Origin: an uncultured bacterium
GTDB taxonomy: Bacteria; Zixibacteria; MSB-5A5; JAABVY01; JAHJOQ01
DNA length: 43,884 nt
Assembly (NCBI GenBank): GCA_965369655.1
Contig: CBDUQR010000024.1
Location: 1-43,884, forward strand
Reading direction: 5' to 3'
The position numbers and the translations under genes were made by a program. The notes beneath the pieces are model-generated. The model searched no databases and was not told the origin of the DNA. It was given only the letters and a program-made list of their open reading frames with translations. This document shows, piece by piece, positions 19,055-29,645 of the stretch (position 1 is the stretch's first letter; every line of letters starts with the position of its first letter).

Positions 19055-19371
19055 CAGATCATCTCTCCACTCTTCACGGATATCCGGACTTTCGTTTTCG
19101 TCCTCTTCTCCTTGTCCTCTATCATCCTGTAACCGACGCGTGTCGGACCGTCATTCGAGTAATACATGACATTCGAGACATGGAGCGGCCCCTCTTTCTC
19201 GATAATCCCACCCTTGGGATTCTTCTGAGTCGGTCGCGAATGCTTGAATATGAGATTCACACCTTCGACGAGGACCCTGTTCTTGTCCGTCAGGACCTTC
19301 AACACTTTGCCTGTCTTGCCGCGATCCTTGCCGGAGATTATCTTAACATGGTCACCTTTTTTGATCTTCAT
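19054..19371 (-). CDS. rplX: 50S ribosomal protein L24
   Basis: [28 protein letters not shown]; alternative GTG start 19374. Confidence 0.97.
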   Translation of the reverse strand: MKIKKGDHVKIISGKDRGKTGKVLKVLTDKNRVLVEGVNLIFKHSRPTQKNPKGGIIEKEGPLHVSNVMYYSNDGPTRVGYRMIEDKEKRTKTKVRISVKSGEMI

Positions 19372-19378
19372 CACACCC

Positions 19379-19747
19379 TCACAGGACTTCCGGCGCCAGA
19401 GACACTATCTTCGTAAATTTCTTTTCTCGCAACTCCCGGGCGACCGGACCGAATATACGTGTGCCGCGCGGCTCATTCTGTTCATTTATTACAACTGCCG
19501 CGTTATCTGAGAACCGGATGTAACTCCCATCCTTGCGTCCTATGCTGGAAGTTGTTCTAACAACAACGGCTCTTACGATCTCGCTTTTTTTCACTGTGCC
19601 GTTCGGTATCGCGTCTTTCACGGCGCATACTATGATGTCGCCGACTTTAGCATACCTCCGTCTGGTACCGCCAAGTACGCGGAAACACATCACTTTCTTA
19701 GCGCCTGTGTTGTCGGCAACCGTCAGTCTTGTGTATTCCTGAATCAT
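19379..19747 (-). CDS. rplN: 50S ribosomal protein L14
   Basis: [27 protein letters not shown]. Confidence 0.98.
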   Translation of the reverse strand: MIQEYTRLTVADNTGAKKVMCFRVLGGTRRRYAKVGDIIVCAVKDAIPNGTVKKSEIVRAVVVRTTSSIGRKDGSYIRFSDNAAVVINEQNEPRGTRIFGPVARELREKKFTKIVSLAPEVL

Positions 19748-19748
19748 C

Positions 19749-20006
19749 TTACCTGGCCTTCTCCACTATCTTTAACAACCGCCAGCGTTTCATCCTGGAA
19801 AGCGGTCGACACTCCATAACTTGCACCTGATCGCCGACACCGCACTGATTCTGCTCGTCATGGGCATACAGCTTCGAACGCTTCTTCACGACTCTTCCAT
19901 AGAGCGGATGACGCATCGTCCGGGTCAACTGCACTGTGATGGTCTTGTCCATCGCGGCAGAAACGACCACGCCCTGACGTGTCTTTCTCATATTTCGTTC
20001 TGCCAT
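19749..20006 (-). CDS. rpsQ: 30S ribosomal protein S17
   Basis: GVVVS, MDKT, HPLYG, AHDE, ECRPLS; alternative start 20009. Confidence 0.97.
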   Translation of the reverse strand: MAERNMRKTRQGVVVSAAMDKTITVQLTRTMRHPLYGRVVKKRSKLYAHDEQNQCGVGDQVQVMECRPLSRMKRWRLLKIVEKAR

Positions 20007-20009
20007 CAT

Positions 20010-20267
20010 CTACTCCTTGTCCTCGGAGCCCTTGTCGACCGAATCGAGGATCTTCGATGATGCCGACAGTTTCCTGATTTTCAACTTATGCTCGTGCAGT
20101 ACCGTCATCATGCGGGCCTTGTCGCGGCGAAGGACACGGAGGCGCAACGGATTATCCAGTTTCTGCACTCGACGTCTGAGATTGAGATTGAACACTTCCT
20201 CTTCGATTTCCAGAAGTCCGTGTTCGACCTCCTCAATAGACATATCTCGTATCTGACCCGGTTTCAC
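20010..20267 (-). CDS. rpmC: 50S ribosomal protein L29 with C-terminal tail
   Basis: Between rplP and rpsQ; FNL, LDNPLRLRVLRRDKARMMT; start moved to GTG 20267 just after the rplP stop. Confidence 0.9.
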   Translation of the reverse strand: MKPGQIRDMSIEEVEHGLLEIEEEVFNLNLRRRVQKLDNPLRLRVLRRDKARMMTVLHEHKLKIRKLSASSKILDSVDKGSEDKE

Positions 20268-20268
20268 C

Positions 20269-20691
20269 TCATACTCCTTTAAGGTCACTGCGACTGACGA
20301 ATCTGCACTTGATCGGCAACTTGTCTGCAGCCAGTTTCAAAGCCTTACGCGCCAGATCCAAGCTGACGCCTTCCAGTTCAAACATTATTCTCCCAGGCTT
20401 GACAACCGCCACCCAGTATTCCGGAGCGCCCTTACCCTTACCCATACGAGTCTCGGCAGGCTTCTTGGTGATGGGCTTGTCCGGGAATATCCGAATCCAG
20501 ACCTTTCCGCCTCTCTTGATCTTTCGCGTTAAGGCTACGCGAGCAGCCTCGATATGGCGATTCGAGACCCAGTGCGGCTCGAGCGCCTTGAGACCATACT
20601 CGCCGAACACGATTGTAGATCCGCGGTAGGCTTTACCTCTTCGATTTCCGCGCTGCTGCCTGCGATATTTGACCCGCTTGGGCATTAACAT
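20269..20691 (-). CDS. rplP: 50S ribosomal protein L16
   Basis: [23 protein letters not shown]. Confidence 0.98.
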   Translation of the reverse strand: MLMPKRVKYRRQQRGNRRGKAYRGSTIVFGEYGLKALEPHWVSNRHIEAARVALTRKIKRGGKVWIRIFPDKPITKKPAETRMGKGKGAPEYWVAVVKPGRIMFELEGVSLDLARKALKLAADKLPIKCRFVSRSDLKGV

Positions 20692-20725
20692 ATCAGTACT
20701 CCAACCAACTCAACGAAAAACCTTT

Positions 20726-20754
20726 ATAATACCTGATTTCGTCTATAAAGTCAA
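20726..20754 (-). promoter_or_regulatory. Internal sigma70-type promoter upstream of rplP
   Basis: TTGACT-17 bp-TATTAT in an AT-rich 75-bp spacer, with a second TTGACA directly upstream. Confidence 0.65.
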
Positions 20755-20766
20755 TGTCAAAATTGA

Positions 20767-21648
20767 CTAACTCGTCGATTCCTCATGCTTATCCTTCCGG
20801 TCAGAACCGCTTTGAGGCCGACTCACGCCGTCCGCACCTGCTCCACCCCTGAATGACGGACGCTCACCCGGATGAGGCTTCTTGCGAAGGACTTTTCTCA
20901 CTTTGCCTTTTTGGGGAGGACGTCTCCGTCGCCCACGGTCAGCCTTGCCGGATTCCCTCAGCTTCGCATCCAGCCTGTTCTCGGCCTCCTCGGTCACTCT
21001 ATCCTTCGCCGATTCTCCCCACGGGTCGAGAATTTCACCTCTACATATCCACACCTTGACGCCGATGCACCCATAGGTGGTGTGAGCAGTCGATGTGGCA
21101 TAGTCAATATCCGCCCGAAGAGTGTGCAACGGCACGCGGCCTTCCATGTATTTTTCCGAGCGCGCGATTTCCGCGCCTCCGAGCCGTCCACCACAAACGA
21201 CCTTGATCCCGTCTGCACCCATCCTCATTGTCGCTGCAAGCGACTTCTTCATCGCCCTGCGAAATGAGATGCGACCCTCGAGCTGTCGCGCAATCGAGTC
21301 TGCTACGAGCTTTGCCGAAAGCTCCGGTCTCTTGACCTCGACTATATTGAGCGTTATGTCTTTCTTTGTCAACAACTGCAACTCGTAGCGAAGTTTGTCG
21401 ACCTCGCTACCCTTTCTGCCGATAACAATCCCGGGACGAGAAGTGTGAATATCGATCGTCACCTTCTTGGGTGCGCGCAAAATCTCTACGTTCGCCAGAC
21501 CGGCATTTTCGAGCCTCTTTGCGATGTATCGCTTGATCTTGATGTCCTCGTTGAGCAGATCAGCGAAGTTCTTATCGGCGAACCACTTCGAATTCCAGGT
21601 CTTTATGACTCCCAGGCGCAGACCGATCGGGTTTGTCTTCTGTCCCAA
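20767..21648 (-). CDS. rpsC: 30S ribosomal protein S3 with long C-terminal extension
   Basis: [44 protein letters not shown] start. Confidence 0.98.
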   Translation of the reverse strand: MGQKTNPIGLRLGVIKTWNSKWFADKNFADLLNEDIKIKRYIAKRLENAGLANVEILRAPKKVTIDIHTSRPGIVIGRKGSEVDKLRYELQLLTKKDITLNIVEVKRPELSAKLVADSIARQLEGRISFRRAMKKSLAATMRMGADGIKVVCGGRLGGAEIARSEKYMEGRVPLHTLRADIDYATSTAHTTYGCIGVKVWICRGEILDPWGESAKDRVTEEAENRLDAKLRESGKADRGRRRRPPQKGKVRKVLRKKPHPGERPSFRGGAGADGVSRPQSGSDRKDKHEESTS

Positions 21649-21674
21649 GATATCCTCCTTCAGGAATTACCCTG

Positions 21675-22091
21675 CTATTCCTCTTCTGCGGCAGCCTTGC
21701 GGCGCCCTTTTTTGCGCTTTTGGGCTGCTTCACGACTGTCGGCTCTGCCTTCGTCGGACAGCAGGACGGAAACGTGACATGTCCGCTTTCTGATACGATA
21801 CACGCGGCCCATACTGCGGAACCTGATCCTCGGAAGGATCGGCCCACCGTCGATTTTCAACTCGATCACCCGCATGTCCTCAGCCTTGATTTTCGCCGAA
21901 CCCATCTCTGCGATGGCATTTGAGGCCGCGGACTTGATCGTCTTGTGCAACGGCTTCGCTGCGCGCTTCGGACTGAACTTCAGGATATCGAGCGCATCCT
22001 GAACCATCTTCCCACGCACCAACTCAGCAACTCGTCTCACTTTGCGCGCCGACATGCGCACGTATTTGGCTCTTGCTTTCGCCTCTATCAT
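21675..22091 (-). CDS. rplV: 50S ribosomal protein L22
   Basis: SARKVR, SAASNA, GRVYRIRKRTCHV. Confidence 0.96.
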   Translation of the reverse strand: MIEAKARAKYVRMSARKVRRVAELVRGKMVQDALDILKFSPKRAAKPLHKTIKSAASNAIAEMGSAKIKAEDMRVIELKIDGGPILPRIRFRSMGRVYRIRKRTCHVSVLLSDEGRADSREAAQKRKKGRRKAAAEEE

Positions 22092-22099
22092 CTCGCTAC

Positions 22100-22396
22100 C
22101 TACTTGAAGCCTTTCAACGTGCTCGATCTCTCGGCCAACTTGCCGCCATGACCCCTGAAAGTCCGAGTCAACGCAAATTCTCCAAGCTTATGGCCAACCA
22201 TGTTCTCAGTTATGTACACCGGCACAAACTTGTTGCCTGTATGGATGGCTATCGTGTGACCCACGAAGTCAGGCGATATAGTCGAACGTCTCGCCCAGGT
22301 CTTAATGACCCGCTTCTCACCGGTCTGGTTCATCGCCTCGATCTTCTTGAGAAGACTCTGCTCGACATATGGTCCTTTCTTAAGCGATCTCGCCAT
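22100..22396 (-). CDS. rpsS: 30S ribosomal protein S19
   Basis: [16 protein letters not shown]. Confidence 0.98.
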   Translation of the reverse strand: MARSLKKGPYVEQSLLKKIEAMNQTGEKRVIKTWARRSTISPDFVGHTIAIHTGNKFVPVYITENMVGHKLGEFALTRTFRGHGGKLAERSSTLKGFK

Positions 22397-22414
22397 CCAA
22401 TTTCCTCCCGAGTA

Positions 22415-23239
22415 TTATCGCTTCCGACGCTTGACTATCAGCTTGTCGGAAGATTTTTTCCGCCTCGTCTTGAATCCCTTGGTCGGCTTACCCCATGGCG
22501 TGCATGGATGACGTCCGCCCGACGACCTGCCTTCACCGCCACCCATCGGATGGTCGACCGGATTCATCGCAACACCACGAACGCGAGGTCTGCGGCCAGC
22601 CCAGCGCGAGCGGCCCGCTTTGCCCCACACAACACTTTCGTGATCTATATTACCAACCTGGCCGATCGTGGCGAAACACTCAAGCCTTACGAGCCTGACT
22701 TCGCCTGACGGCAACTTAATGTGCGCGTACTTACCCTCTTTGGCAGCGAGTTGAACCGTCGCACCTGCAGACCGCGCAAGCTTACCACCCCTGCCCGGAG
22801 TAAGCTCCACATTGTGGACTGATGTACCGAGCGGCATATTATTGAGCTTGGTAGCATTGCCGATCTTGATCTCAACGCTCTCGCCAGACATCACAGAGTC
22901 ATCAACATGCAGCCCGTGGGGCGCCAGGATGTACCGCTTCTCGCCATCGGCATAATGCAGGAGCGCGATGCGGCACGATCTGTTAGGATCATACTCGATT
23001 GTCGCCACCCTCGCCGTAATATCATGTTTATCTCGTTTGAAGTCTACGATCCGGTAATACCTCTTGTGACCGCCGCCACGTCGCCTGGCGGTGATCCGAC
23101 CCTTGTTATTGCGGCCCCCGGACTTCCTGAGTATCTGGATCAGCGAACGTTCCGGCTTGTCCCTGGTAATCTCCTCAAAAGTCGGAACAGTACGATACCT
23201 GCTTGAGGGAGTCGTCGGTTTGAACTTCTTAATACCCAT
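22415..23239 (-). CDS. rplB: 50S ribosomal protein L2
   Basis: [33 protein letters not shown]. Confidence 0.98.
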   Translation of the reverse strand: MGIKKFKPTTPSSRYRTVPTFEEITRDKPERSLIQILRKSGGRNNKGRITARRRGGGHKRYYRIVDFKRDKHDITARVATIEYDPNRSCRIALLHYADGEKRYILAPHGLHVDDSVMSGESVEIKIGNATKLNNMPLGTSVHNVELTPGRGGKLARSAGATVQLAAKEGKYAHIKLPSGEVRLVRLECFATIGQVGNIDHESVVWGKAGRSRWAGRRPRVRGVAMNPVDHPMGGGEGRSSGGRHPCTPWGKPTKGFKTRRKKSSDKLIVKRRKR

Positions 23240-23380
23240 TCTTCTGCCTTCGCTTCACCGTAAGTCGCTATTGGTGTTTGTCTCAGAAAACGTTCAATCT
23301 TCAGGCAATCAGATTCCAAACTCTCTCATGAACCGGCTTTGCAGGGAAAGCGTCCCTATACCTGTCCGGACCAGTAGCAA

Positions 23381-23671
23381 TCAGATGTTTTCAAGTTCGG
23401 AGATAGTGTCACCCCTGGCAAGCGTGACGATCGCCTTTTTCCAATTCGGTCTCTTTCCTGTAAACCGCCCGAGACGTTTCACCTTGCCCCGGACATTGAT
23501 TGTAGCGACATCCTTTACGTTAACGTTAAAAAGCTCCTCTACAGCGCGTCTGATATCTATCTTATTTGCCTCTCTGATCACCTCGAAAACATAGCAGTTC
23601 TGCTTGTCTCGCAATATGTGAGACTTCTCGGTGGCAATGTGCGACCTTATGATAGTGTGTGGAGACTTCAT
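23381..23671 (-). CDS. rplW: 50S ribosomal protein L23
   Basis: [28 protein letters not shown]. Confidence 0.97.
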   Translation of the reverse strand: MKSPHTIIRSHIATEKSHILRDKQNCYVFEVIREANKIDIRRAVEELFNVNVKDVATINVRGKVKRLGRFTGKRPNWKKAIVTLARGDTISELENI

Positions 23672-24297
23672 TTTCCGAAGACCTCCTTCATGGATTCCAG
23701 ACCTTCTCTCGTTACGAGCACATACTCGGCTCTGACCAGATCATAAGCATTGACGAGCCTGGCACGCTTGAACTGTACCTTCGGAAGATTGCGGCAAGAC
23801 AACGGCATGCGACTCTCGCGATTCTCATCGAGAATCAACACCTGCTTATCGCTCAGTTCCAAAGCGTCGAGCAATTCGTACACCGTCCTGGTGCTCGGCT
23901 TTTCGAGTGCAGGCAGATCGATGACAAAGATATGCTCTTCGGCAGCTCGCTCGGTAAACATCGAAAGCAGGGCGTTCCGCCTCATAGCCTTCGGCATTGT
24001 CGATGAATAGCTTCTCGGCTTCGGGCCGAAAACTATGCCGCCGCCTTCCCACAAGGGGGAGCGGTTTGTCCCGGCACGCGCACGACCGGTACCCTTCTGA
24101 CGCCACGGTTTTGCCCCACCGCCGCGAACTTCCGACCGAGTCTTTGTCGAATGCGTACCCTGTCGACAATTCGACAGATGGGTCTTCACATATTGATAGA
24201 CCTGATATTTCCGCGGCGTCTGTTCGAACAGGGCAGGATCAAGTTCGATCTCGCCCGCTGCGCCGCCGCTGCCGTTAAATGCTCTTGCCTTAGCCAT
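23668..24297 (-). CDS. rplD: 50S ribosomal protein L4
   Basis: [33 protein letters not shown]. Confidence 0.97.
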   Translation of the reverse strand: MAKARAFNGSGGAAGEIELDPALFEQTPRKYQVYQYVKTHLSNCRQGTHSTKTRSEVRGGGAKPWRQKGTGRARAGTNRSPLWEGGGIVFGPKPRSYSSTMPKAMRRNALLSMFTERAAEEHIFVIDLPALEKPSTRTVYELLDALELSDKQVLILDENRESRMPLSCRNLPKVQFKRARLVNAYDLVRAEYVLVTREGLESMKEVFGK

Positions 24298-24302
24298 CGT
24301 CT

Positions 24303-24935
24303 CTATCTGCTCTTCCTGATCTTGACGAACGTATGATTCTTCCCTGGAACTGCGCCACGAACACAGATCAGGTTGTTCTCCGTATCGATCTTAGCCACGA
24401 GGAGATTCTTGACAGTTATTCTGTCGCCGCCCATTCGTCCCGACATCCTCGTGCCTTTGAAAACACGCGATGGATACGAACTTTGCCCGATAGATCCGGG
24501 CGCCCTCCAGCGATCAGACTGACCGTGAGACTTGGGACCGCCTTTGAAACCGTGACGCCTGACAGTGCCCATGAAACCGAGTCCCTTCGAGACGCCGCTC
24601 ACATCGACGCGTTCACCCTCATGAAACACATCGACCTTGAATTCGCCGCCGACCTCGATATCGTCGACACTCTCCATACAGACTTCGCGAAGAAAGCGCG
24701 TCGGCTTTACATCGTTATTCTTGAAATGCCCGGTCATCGGCATATTGACCAATGTCTCGCGGATTCCCTCGAATCCGAGTTGGACGGCATTGTACCCGTC
24801 TTTCTCCTCGCTCTTGACCTGAACCACAGAGCAGGGTCCCGCCTGAATCACGGTAACCGGCAATGCAGAACCGTCTTCGAGGAAGATACGGGTCATGCCA
24901 ATCTTTCTGCCAAACAGCGTATTCATCGAACTCAT
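24303..24935 (-). CDS. rplC: 50S ribosomal protein L3
   Basis: GRKIGMT, DGYNAVQ, RAPGSIG, GRMGG; alternative start 24926. Confidence 0.98.
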   Translation of the reverse strand: MSSMNTLFGRKIGMTRIFLEDGSALPVTVIQAGPCSVVQVKSEEKDGYNAVQLGFEGIRETLVNMPMTGHFKNNDVKPTRFLREVCMESVDDIEVGGEFKVDVFHEGERVDVSGVSKGLGFMGTVRRHGFKGGPKSHGQSDRWRAPGSIGQSSYPSRVFKGTRMSGRMGGDRITVKNLLVAKIDTENNLICVRGAVPGKNHTFVKIRKSR

Positions 24936-25243
24936 ACCTTGATCTCAACATCCACACCAGCCGGAAGGTCCAGCTTCATCAGAGCATCGACCGTCTGAGG
25001 AGTCGACTCACAGATGTCGATCAGTCTCTTGTGAATTCTTGTTTCAAACTGCTCCCGAGACTTCTTGTCGACATGCGGCGACCGAAGCACCGTATAGACC
25101 GTTCGCTTTGTCGGCAGCGGTATCGGACCGACAAGCTTGGCGCCGGTACGCAGCACAGTGCGAGCTATCTCCTTGGTCGACTTGTCAAGGGAATGGTGAT
25201 CGTATGCCTTGAGACGAATCCTGATTTTCTGACTAGCGGCCAT
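24932..25243 (-). CDS. rpsJ: 30S ribosomal protein S10
   Basis: [30 protein letters not shown]. Confidence 0.98.
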   Translation of the reverse strand: MAASQKIRIRLKAYDHHSLDKSTKEIARTVLRTGAKLVGPIPLPTKRTVYTVLRSPHVDKKSREQFETRIHKRLIDICESTPQTVDALMKLDLPAGVDVEIKV

Positions 25244-25247
25244 ATCG

Positions 25248-26453
25248 TTACTCCAGAATTTCCGTTACGACGCCGGCGCCGACTGTGCGACCACCCTCAC
25301 GGATGGCGAAACGAAGCTCCTTCTCTATCGCAACCTCAGTGTGAAGCTCTACTTCCATCTGGATGTTGTCGCCTGGCATAACCATCTCGACATTCTCAGG
25401 AAGCTTGATCGAACCGGTTACATCCGTCGTACGTAAATAAAACTGTGGACGATAACCATTGAAGAACGGCGTGTGACGACCACCCTCCTCTTTCTTCAAC
25501 ACATAAACCTCGCCCATAAACTTCTTGTGGGGCTTGATGCTCCCTATCTTCGCGACCACCTGACCACGCTCGATCTCATCCTTGTCTACGCCGCGAAGAA
25601 GCAAACCTACATTGTCGCCAGCCTCACCGCTGTCAAGAATCTTACGGAACATCTCGACGCCTGTCACAACAGTCTTGCGAGTCGCCTTGAATCCCACGAT
25701 CTCCACCTCTGTGCCTGTCGTGATTGCGCCACGCTCGATTCGACCCGTAGCTACCGTACCACGACCCGTGATCGAAAAAACATCCTCGACAGGCATCAGG
25801 AACGGCTTGTCGGTCTCACGCTCAGGAGTCGGGATGTAATTGTCGCAAGCATCCATCAACTCATAAACACACTTGAACGAAGGATCATCCTTGATGTCAG
25901 GATCTGCCGCTTTAGTCATCGCCTCGAGCGCACTGCCGCGAATGATCGGAATGTCGTCGCCCGGAAAATCATACGCCGACAAAAGCTCGCGAACCTCAAG
26001 CTCTACCAAATCCAAAAGCTCTGGATCATCAACCTGATCGACTTTGTTCATGAATACTATCATATACGGTACGCCCACCTGACGAGCAAGAAGAATGTGC
26101 TCGCGGGTCTGAGGCATCGGACCATCCGCGGCTGATACCACAAGTATTGCGCCGTCCATCTGAGCCGCGCCCGTGATCATGTTCTTGATATAATCCGCGT
26201 GACCCGGACAATCTACATGAGCATAGTGACGATTCTTTGTCTCGTACTCAACATGAGCCGTCGCGATCGTGATACCGCGCTCGCGTTCTTCGGGGGCATT
26301 GTCAATCGAATCAAATGTACGTATCTCACTCAAACCGTCGCGAGACAATATCATCGTCATTGCCGCTGTCAACGTAGTCTTGCCATGGTCAACGTGACCG
26401 ATAGTTCCTACGTTAACATGTGGCTTCGTCCTCTTATACTTTTCCTTCGCCAT
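25248..26453 (-). CDS. tuf: Elongation factor Tu (str-operon copy)
   Basis: [23 protein letters not shown]; start moved to ATG 26453 after GGAGG. Confidence 0.99.
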   Translation of the reverse strand: MAKEKYKRTKPHVNVGTIGHVDHGKTTLTAAMTMILSRDGLSEIRTFDSIDNAPEERERGITIATAHVEYETKNRHYAHVDCPGHADYIKNMITGAAQMDGAILVVSAADGPMPQTREHILLARQVGVPYMIVFMNKVDQVDDPELLDLVELEVRELLSAYDFPGDDIPIIRGSALEAMTKAADPDIKDDPSFKCVYELMDACDNYIPTPERETDKPFLMPVEDVFSITGRGTVATGRIERGAITTGTEVEIVGFKATRKTVVTGVEMFRKILDSGEAGDNVGLLLRGVDKDEIERGQVVAKIGSIKPHKKFMGEVYVLKKEEGGRHTPFFNGYRPQFYLRTTDVTGSIKLPENVEMVMPGDNIQMEVELHTEVAIEKELRFAIREGGRTVGAGVVTEILE

Positions 26454-26494
26454 ATCCGACACATCCTCCAGAAAAAAGAATAACTCGTCTAATA

Positions 26495-26518
26495 AATGCG
26501 GTAAATCTCTCTTGTCAA
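26495..26518 (-). promoter_or_regulatory. Possible internal promoter for tuf and the S10 cluster
   Basis: Perfect TTGACA (26513-26518) followed 16-18 bp later by an imperfect AT-rich -10 (TTTATTAG) in a 102-bp spacer. Confidence 0.4.
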
Positions 26519-26555
26519 GCTCTTAACACGCAGTTAGTCGCTTTTTTCTTAGTTC

Positions 26556-28628
26556 CTAAGTCGCCACCTTCCAGTTCGTTTCGCTCCTCACTGCCTGATC
26601 GTAATGTGAGAATTCCATGGTGTAAACAGCGCGACCCTGAGAGAGCGATCGAACCCTCGTTGCATACCCGAACATCTCCGAGAGAGGTACTTCCGCGTGA
26701 ACGACCTGAGCATCGGATCGACGCTCGATTCCGGTGATCTTGCCTCTCCTCGACTTGAGGTCACCGATGATTTCGCCTACGCACTCATCCGACGCCACAA
26801 CTTCGACTTCCATAAACGGCTCGAGCAACTGTGGCTTCGCCTTCCTCGCGCCTTCCTGGAAAGCGTTTGATGCGGCAATCTTAAACGCCATCTCTGATGA
26901 ATCGGCGTCATCATACGATCCGCTCAGAAGCGTAGCAGCCACTCCGGTTGTCGGATAGCCTGCAAGCACGCCGAATTCCATGGCGTCCCGTACTCCGCTC
27001 TCGACTGCCGGCACGAACTCTGCCGGCACCTCCGACGGGCTGGCCTCGTTATTGAAGATAAAATGCGACTCACCCTCGGTCGGCTCGAATCGCATTACGA
27101 CATGTCCATAATGTCCTCTGCCACCGAGCTGTTTGATGAACTTTGCTTCAGCCTCACCAACGCCGGCGATGGTTTCCTTGTACGCTACCTGCGGTTTGCC
27201 GACATTCGCTTCGACAGAGAATTCGCGGGTCAGCCTGCCAACCAGTACCTCGAGGTGAAGTTCTCCCATTCCGGCGATCACTGTCTGACCGGTATCTTCA
27301 TCGATCTTCACCTGGAATGTAGGATCCTCATCTGAGAGTCGCGCAAGCGCAAGTGATAGCTTGTCCTGATCTGCTTTCGTCTTCGGCTCGATTGCGATCC
27401 AGATAACAGGCTCGGGAAATTTCATCTTTTCGAGCAGGATGGGATGCTTCAGGTCTGTAAGCGTACTTCCGGTTGTTGTGAAACGAAGCCCAACCGCGGC
27501 GACGATGTCGCCGGTTTGAGCAGCCTTCAAGTCTTCACACTTATTGGCATGCATAGCCAGTATCCGCCCGATTCGCTCTTTCTTTCCGGAAGCGACATCA
27601 AGCGCGGTGCTTCCGGCGGCAACAGTGCCGGAGTAGACGCGGAAATATGTCAGCTTGCCAACGTAAGGATCAGATATAATTTTGAACGCGAGCGCAGAGA
27701 AAAATTCATCGTTCGATGGCCGCCTCGATTCCTCGCGCTTCGTTTGAGGATTCACTCCGGTTATCGGAGGCAGTTCGTTGGGAGATGGCAAATAATCTGC
27801 GATAGCATCCATCAGAAACTGCACGCCCTTGTTCTTCAGTGCTGCGCCGCAAAACACCGGAACCAGCCTGCATTCGATCGTGCCTTTTCTTATCGCTCGA
27901 TTGAGTTCATCGACCGATACCTCCTCACCATCGAGAAACCTCTCGGCGAGTTCATCGTCGACGTCCGCAGCGGCCTCAAGAAGTTTCTCGCGGTACTCAT
28001 TTGCGAGCGGGAGGATATCCTCCGGAATCGGAATATCCTCGAATGTCTTGCCCATATCCTCTTCGCTGTAGACACGGCATGTCATGTTCAGAAGATTCAC
28101 GATTCCCTTGAATTCATCCGACTCGCCGTGAGGAATCGTCACGCAGACAGGATTCGCGCCGAGCTTCTCTTGAATCATGCGAACCGCGTTGAAAAACGAT
28201 GCGCCGATACGGTCAAGTTTATTAATGAAGGCAATCCGAGGTATCAGGTACTTGTCGGCCTGTTTCCATACTGTCTCGGTCTGAGGTTCGACGCCGCCAA
28301 CCGCACAGAATACTCCGATGGCGCCATCAAGTACACGCAGCGACCTCTCGACTTCCGCGGTGAAATCGACATGACCCGGTGTATCGATAATGTTGATCTG
28401 GATGTCTCGCCAGTAGCAGGTGGTGGCAGCCGAAGTGATCGTAATCCCGCGCTCTTTCTCCTGCTCCATCCAATCCATGGTCGCAGCGCCGTCGTCAACC
28501 TCTCCGATGCGATGTGTTCTGCCGGAGTAGTAGAGAATCCGCTCGGTAGTAGTCGTCTTACCGGCATCGATATGCGCCATTATGCCGATGTTTCGGACCT
28601 TACCTATTTTCGTCCTGCGAGTCATCAT
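26556..28628 (-). CDS. fusA: Elongation factor G family GTPase (divergent domain IV)
   Basis: [30 protein letters not shown]; str-operon position; start moved to ATG 28628 after GGAGAG. Confidence 0.96.
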   Translation of the reverse strand: MMTRRTKIGKVRNIGIMAHIDAGKTTTTERILYYSGRTHRIGEVDDGAATMDWMEQEKERGITITSAATTCYWRDIQINIIDTPGHVDFTAEVERSLRVLDGAIGVFCAVGGVEPQTETVWKQADKYLIPRIAFINKLDRIGASFFNAVRMIQEKLGANPVCVTIPHGESDEFKGIVNLLNMTCRVYSEEDMGKTFEDIPIPEDILPLANEYREKLLEAAADVDDELAERFLDGEEVSVDELNRAIRKGTIECRLVPVFCGAALKNKGVQFLMDAIADYLPSPNELPPITGVNPQTKREESRRPSNDEFFSALAFKIISDPYVGKLTYFRVYSGTVAAGSTALDVASGKKERIGRILAMHANKCEDLKAAQTGDIVAAVGLRFTTTGSTLTDLKHPILLEKMKFPEPVIWIAIEPKTKADQDKLSLALARLSDEDPTFQVKIDEDTGQTVIAGMGELHLEVLVGRLTREFSVEANVGKPQVAYKETIAGVGEAEAKFIKQLGGRGHYGHVVMRFEPTEGESHFIFNNEASPSEVPAEFVPAVESGVRDAMEFGVLAGYPTTGVAATLLSGSYDDADSSEMAFKIAASNAFQEGARKAKPQLLEPFMEVEVVASDECVGEIIGDLKSRRGKITGIERRSDAQVVHAEVPLSEMFGYATRVRSLSQGRAVYTMEFSHYDQAVRSETNWKVAT

Positions 28629-28676
28629 AAAAAAACTCTCCACTGTCAACTTGACATGCAAATATTCAGTGGAGAG
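28629..28676 (-). promoter_or_regulatory. Terminator-like hairpin sequestering the fusA RBS
   Basis: CTCTCCACTG...CAGTGGAGAG perfect 10-bp stem, then T7, then ATG. Confidence 0.6.
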
Positions 28677-28720
28677 GGAAATCTGATTCCGGGAAACGAT
28701 TCAGAAGCGCGGAAAGATGG

Positions 28721-29191
28721 TTACCACCTGAAGTGCGCGAAAGCCTTGTTTGCCTCCGCCATGCGGTGAGTATCTTCTCTCTTCTTGATCGAAGCGCCCT
28801 CGTTCTTTGCCGCCGCCATGAGTTCTCCTGCCAGCTTCTCGGCCATGGAGTGTTCGCTGCGCTTATGCGAATGCAGGATAAGCCATCTCACAGCAAGCGC
28901 GTTGCGGCGATTCGGACGAACCTCGACTGGAACCTGATATGTAGCGCCGCCGACTCGCCGAGATTTCACTTCGACTACCGGCTTTACGTTGGTTAGCGCC
29001 TTGTGGAAAATATCTACGCCTTTCTGGTTCGTCTTCTCTTCGATGATCTCAAGAGCGCCGTAGAAAAGCTTCTCAGCTGTAGACTTCTTCCCCTTCTTCA
29101 TCAGGTTGTTGAGGAAGTAGGTGACGGTGGTGTCGCCGTAAACGGAATCAGGCGGTCGTTCCCTCTTCTGTATTTTCTTTCTTCTTGACAT
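28721..29191 (-). CDS. rpsG: 30S ribosomal protein S7
   Basis: [33 protein letters not shown]. Confidence 0.98.
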   Translation of the reverse strand: MSRRKKIQKRERPPDSVYGDTTVTYFLNNLMKKGKKSTAEKLFYGALEIIEEKTNQKGVDIFHKALTNVKPVVEVKSRRVGGATYQVPVEVRPNRRNALAVRWLILHSHKRSEHSMAEKLAGELMAAAKNEGASIKKREDTHRMAEANKAFAHFRW

Positions 29192-29198
29192 ATACTAT

Positions 29199-29573
29199 CT
29201 ACTTTTTCGGTTTCTTGGTTCCGTACTTGGAACGACTCTGGTTGCGATCATCGACCCCCGAAGTATCCATCGTACCGCGAATAATGTGATAACGAACTCC
29301 GGGAAGATCCTTGATTCTGCCGCCTCTGATCATCACGATCGAGTGTTCCTGAAGGTTGTGGCCCTCACCCGGGATATAGGCGGTCACTTCAATGCCATTG
29401 GTCAGGCGAACACGTGCAACCTTGCGAAGGGCCGAATTCGGCTTCTTCGGCGTCGAAGTATACACGCGTGTGCAGACTCCACGCTTCTGAGGGCAGTTCT
29501 TCATTGCCGGCGTGTTTGTCTTCGTGATGACACGCTTGCGCCCGAATCGGATCAACTGATTAATAGTCGGCAA
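29199..29573 (-). CDS. rpsL: 30S ribosomal protein S12
   Basis: [28 protein letters not shown] start. Confidence 0.99.
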   Translation of the reverse strand: MPTINQLIRFGRKRVITKTNTPAMKNCPQKRGVCTRVYTSTPKKPNSALRKVARVRLTNGIEVTAYIPGEGHNLQEHSIVMIRGGRIKDLPGVRYHIIRGTMDTSGVDDRNQSRSKYGTKKPKK

Positions 29574-29617
29574 ACTCTACCTCTTCTCCTAACATTCAAA
29601 TTCAAAAACGGAATGCT

Positions 29618-29645
29618 ATTATAGGCTCCTGACCGCTATTGTCAA
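29618..29645 (-). promoter_or_regulatory. Consensus sigma70 promoter of the str operon
   Basis: TTGACA-16 bp-TATAAT; the -35 hexamer overlaps the rpoC TGA stop. Confidence 0.85.

Noticed and set aside
23320-23370. c-di-GMP-I riboswitch suggested by GGGACGC...GCAAAGC in the rplW-rplB spacer
   Set aside because: No upstream GGCAAA/GAAA P2 tetraloop, and the motif is interrupted
25473-26135. Identical 220-aa plus-strand ORFs here and at 41252-41914
   Set aside because: Antisense shadows of the duplicated tuf genes
27444-28769. Long plus-strand ORFs (441 aa here; also 15029-15961 and 36231-37340)
   Set aside because: Antisense to fusA, secY and rpoB; explained by codon bias of highly expressed genes
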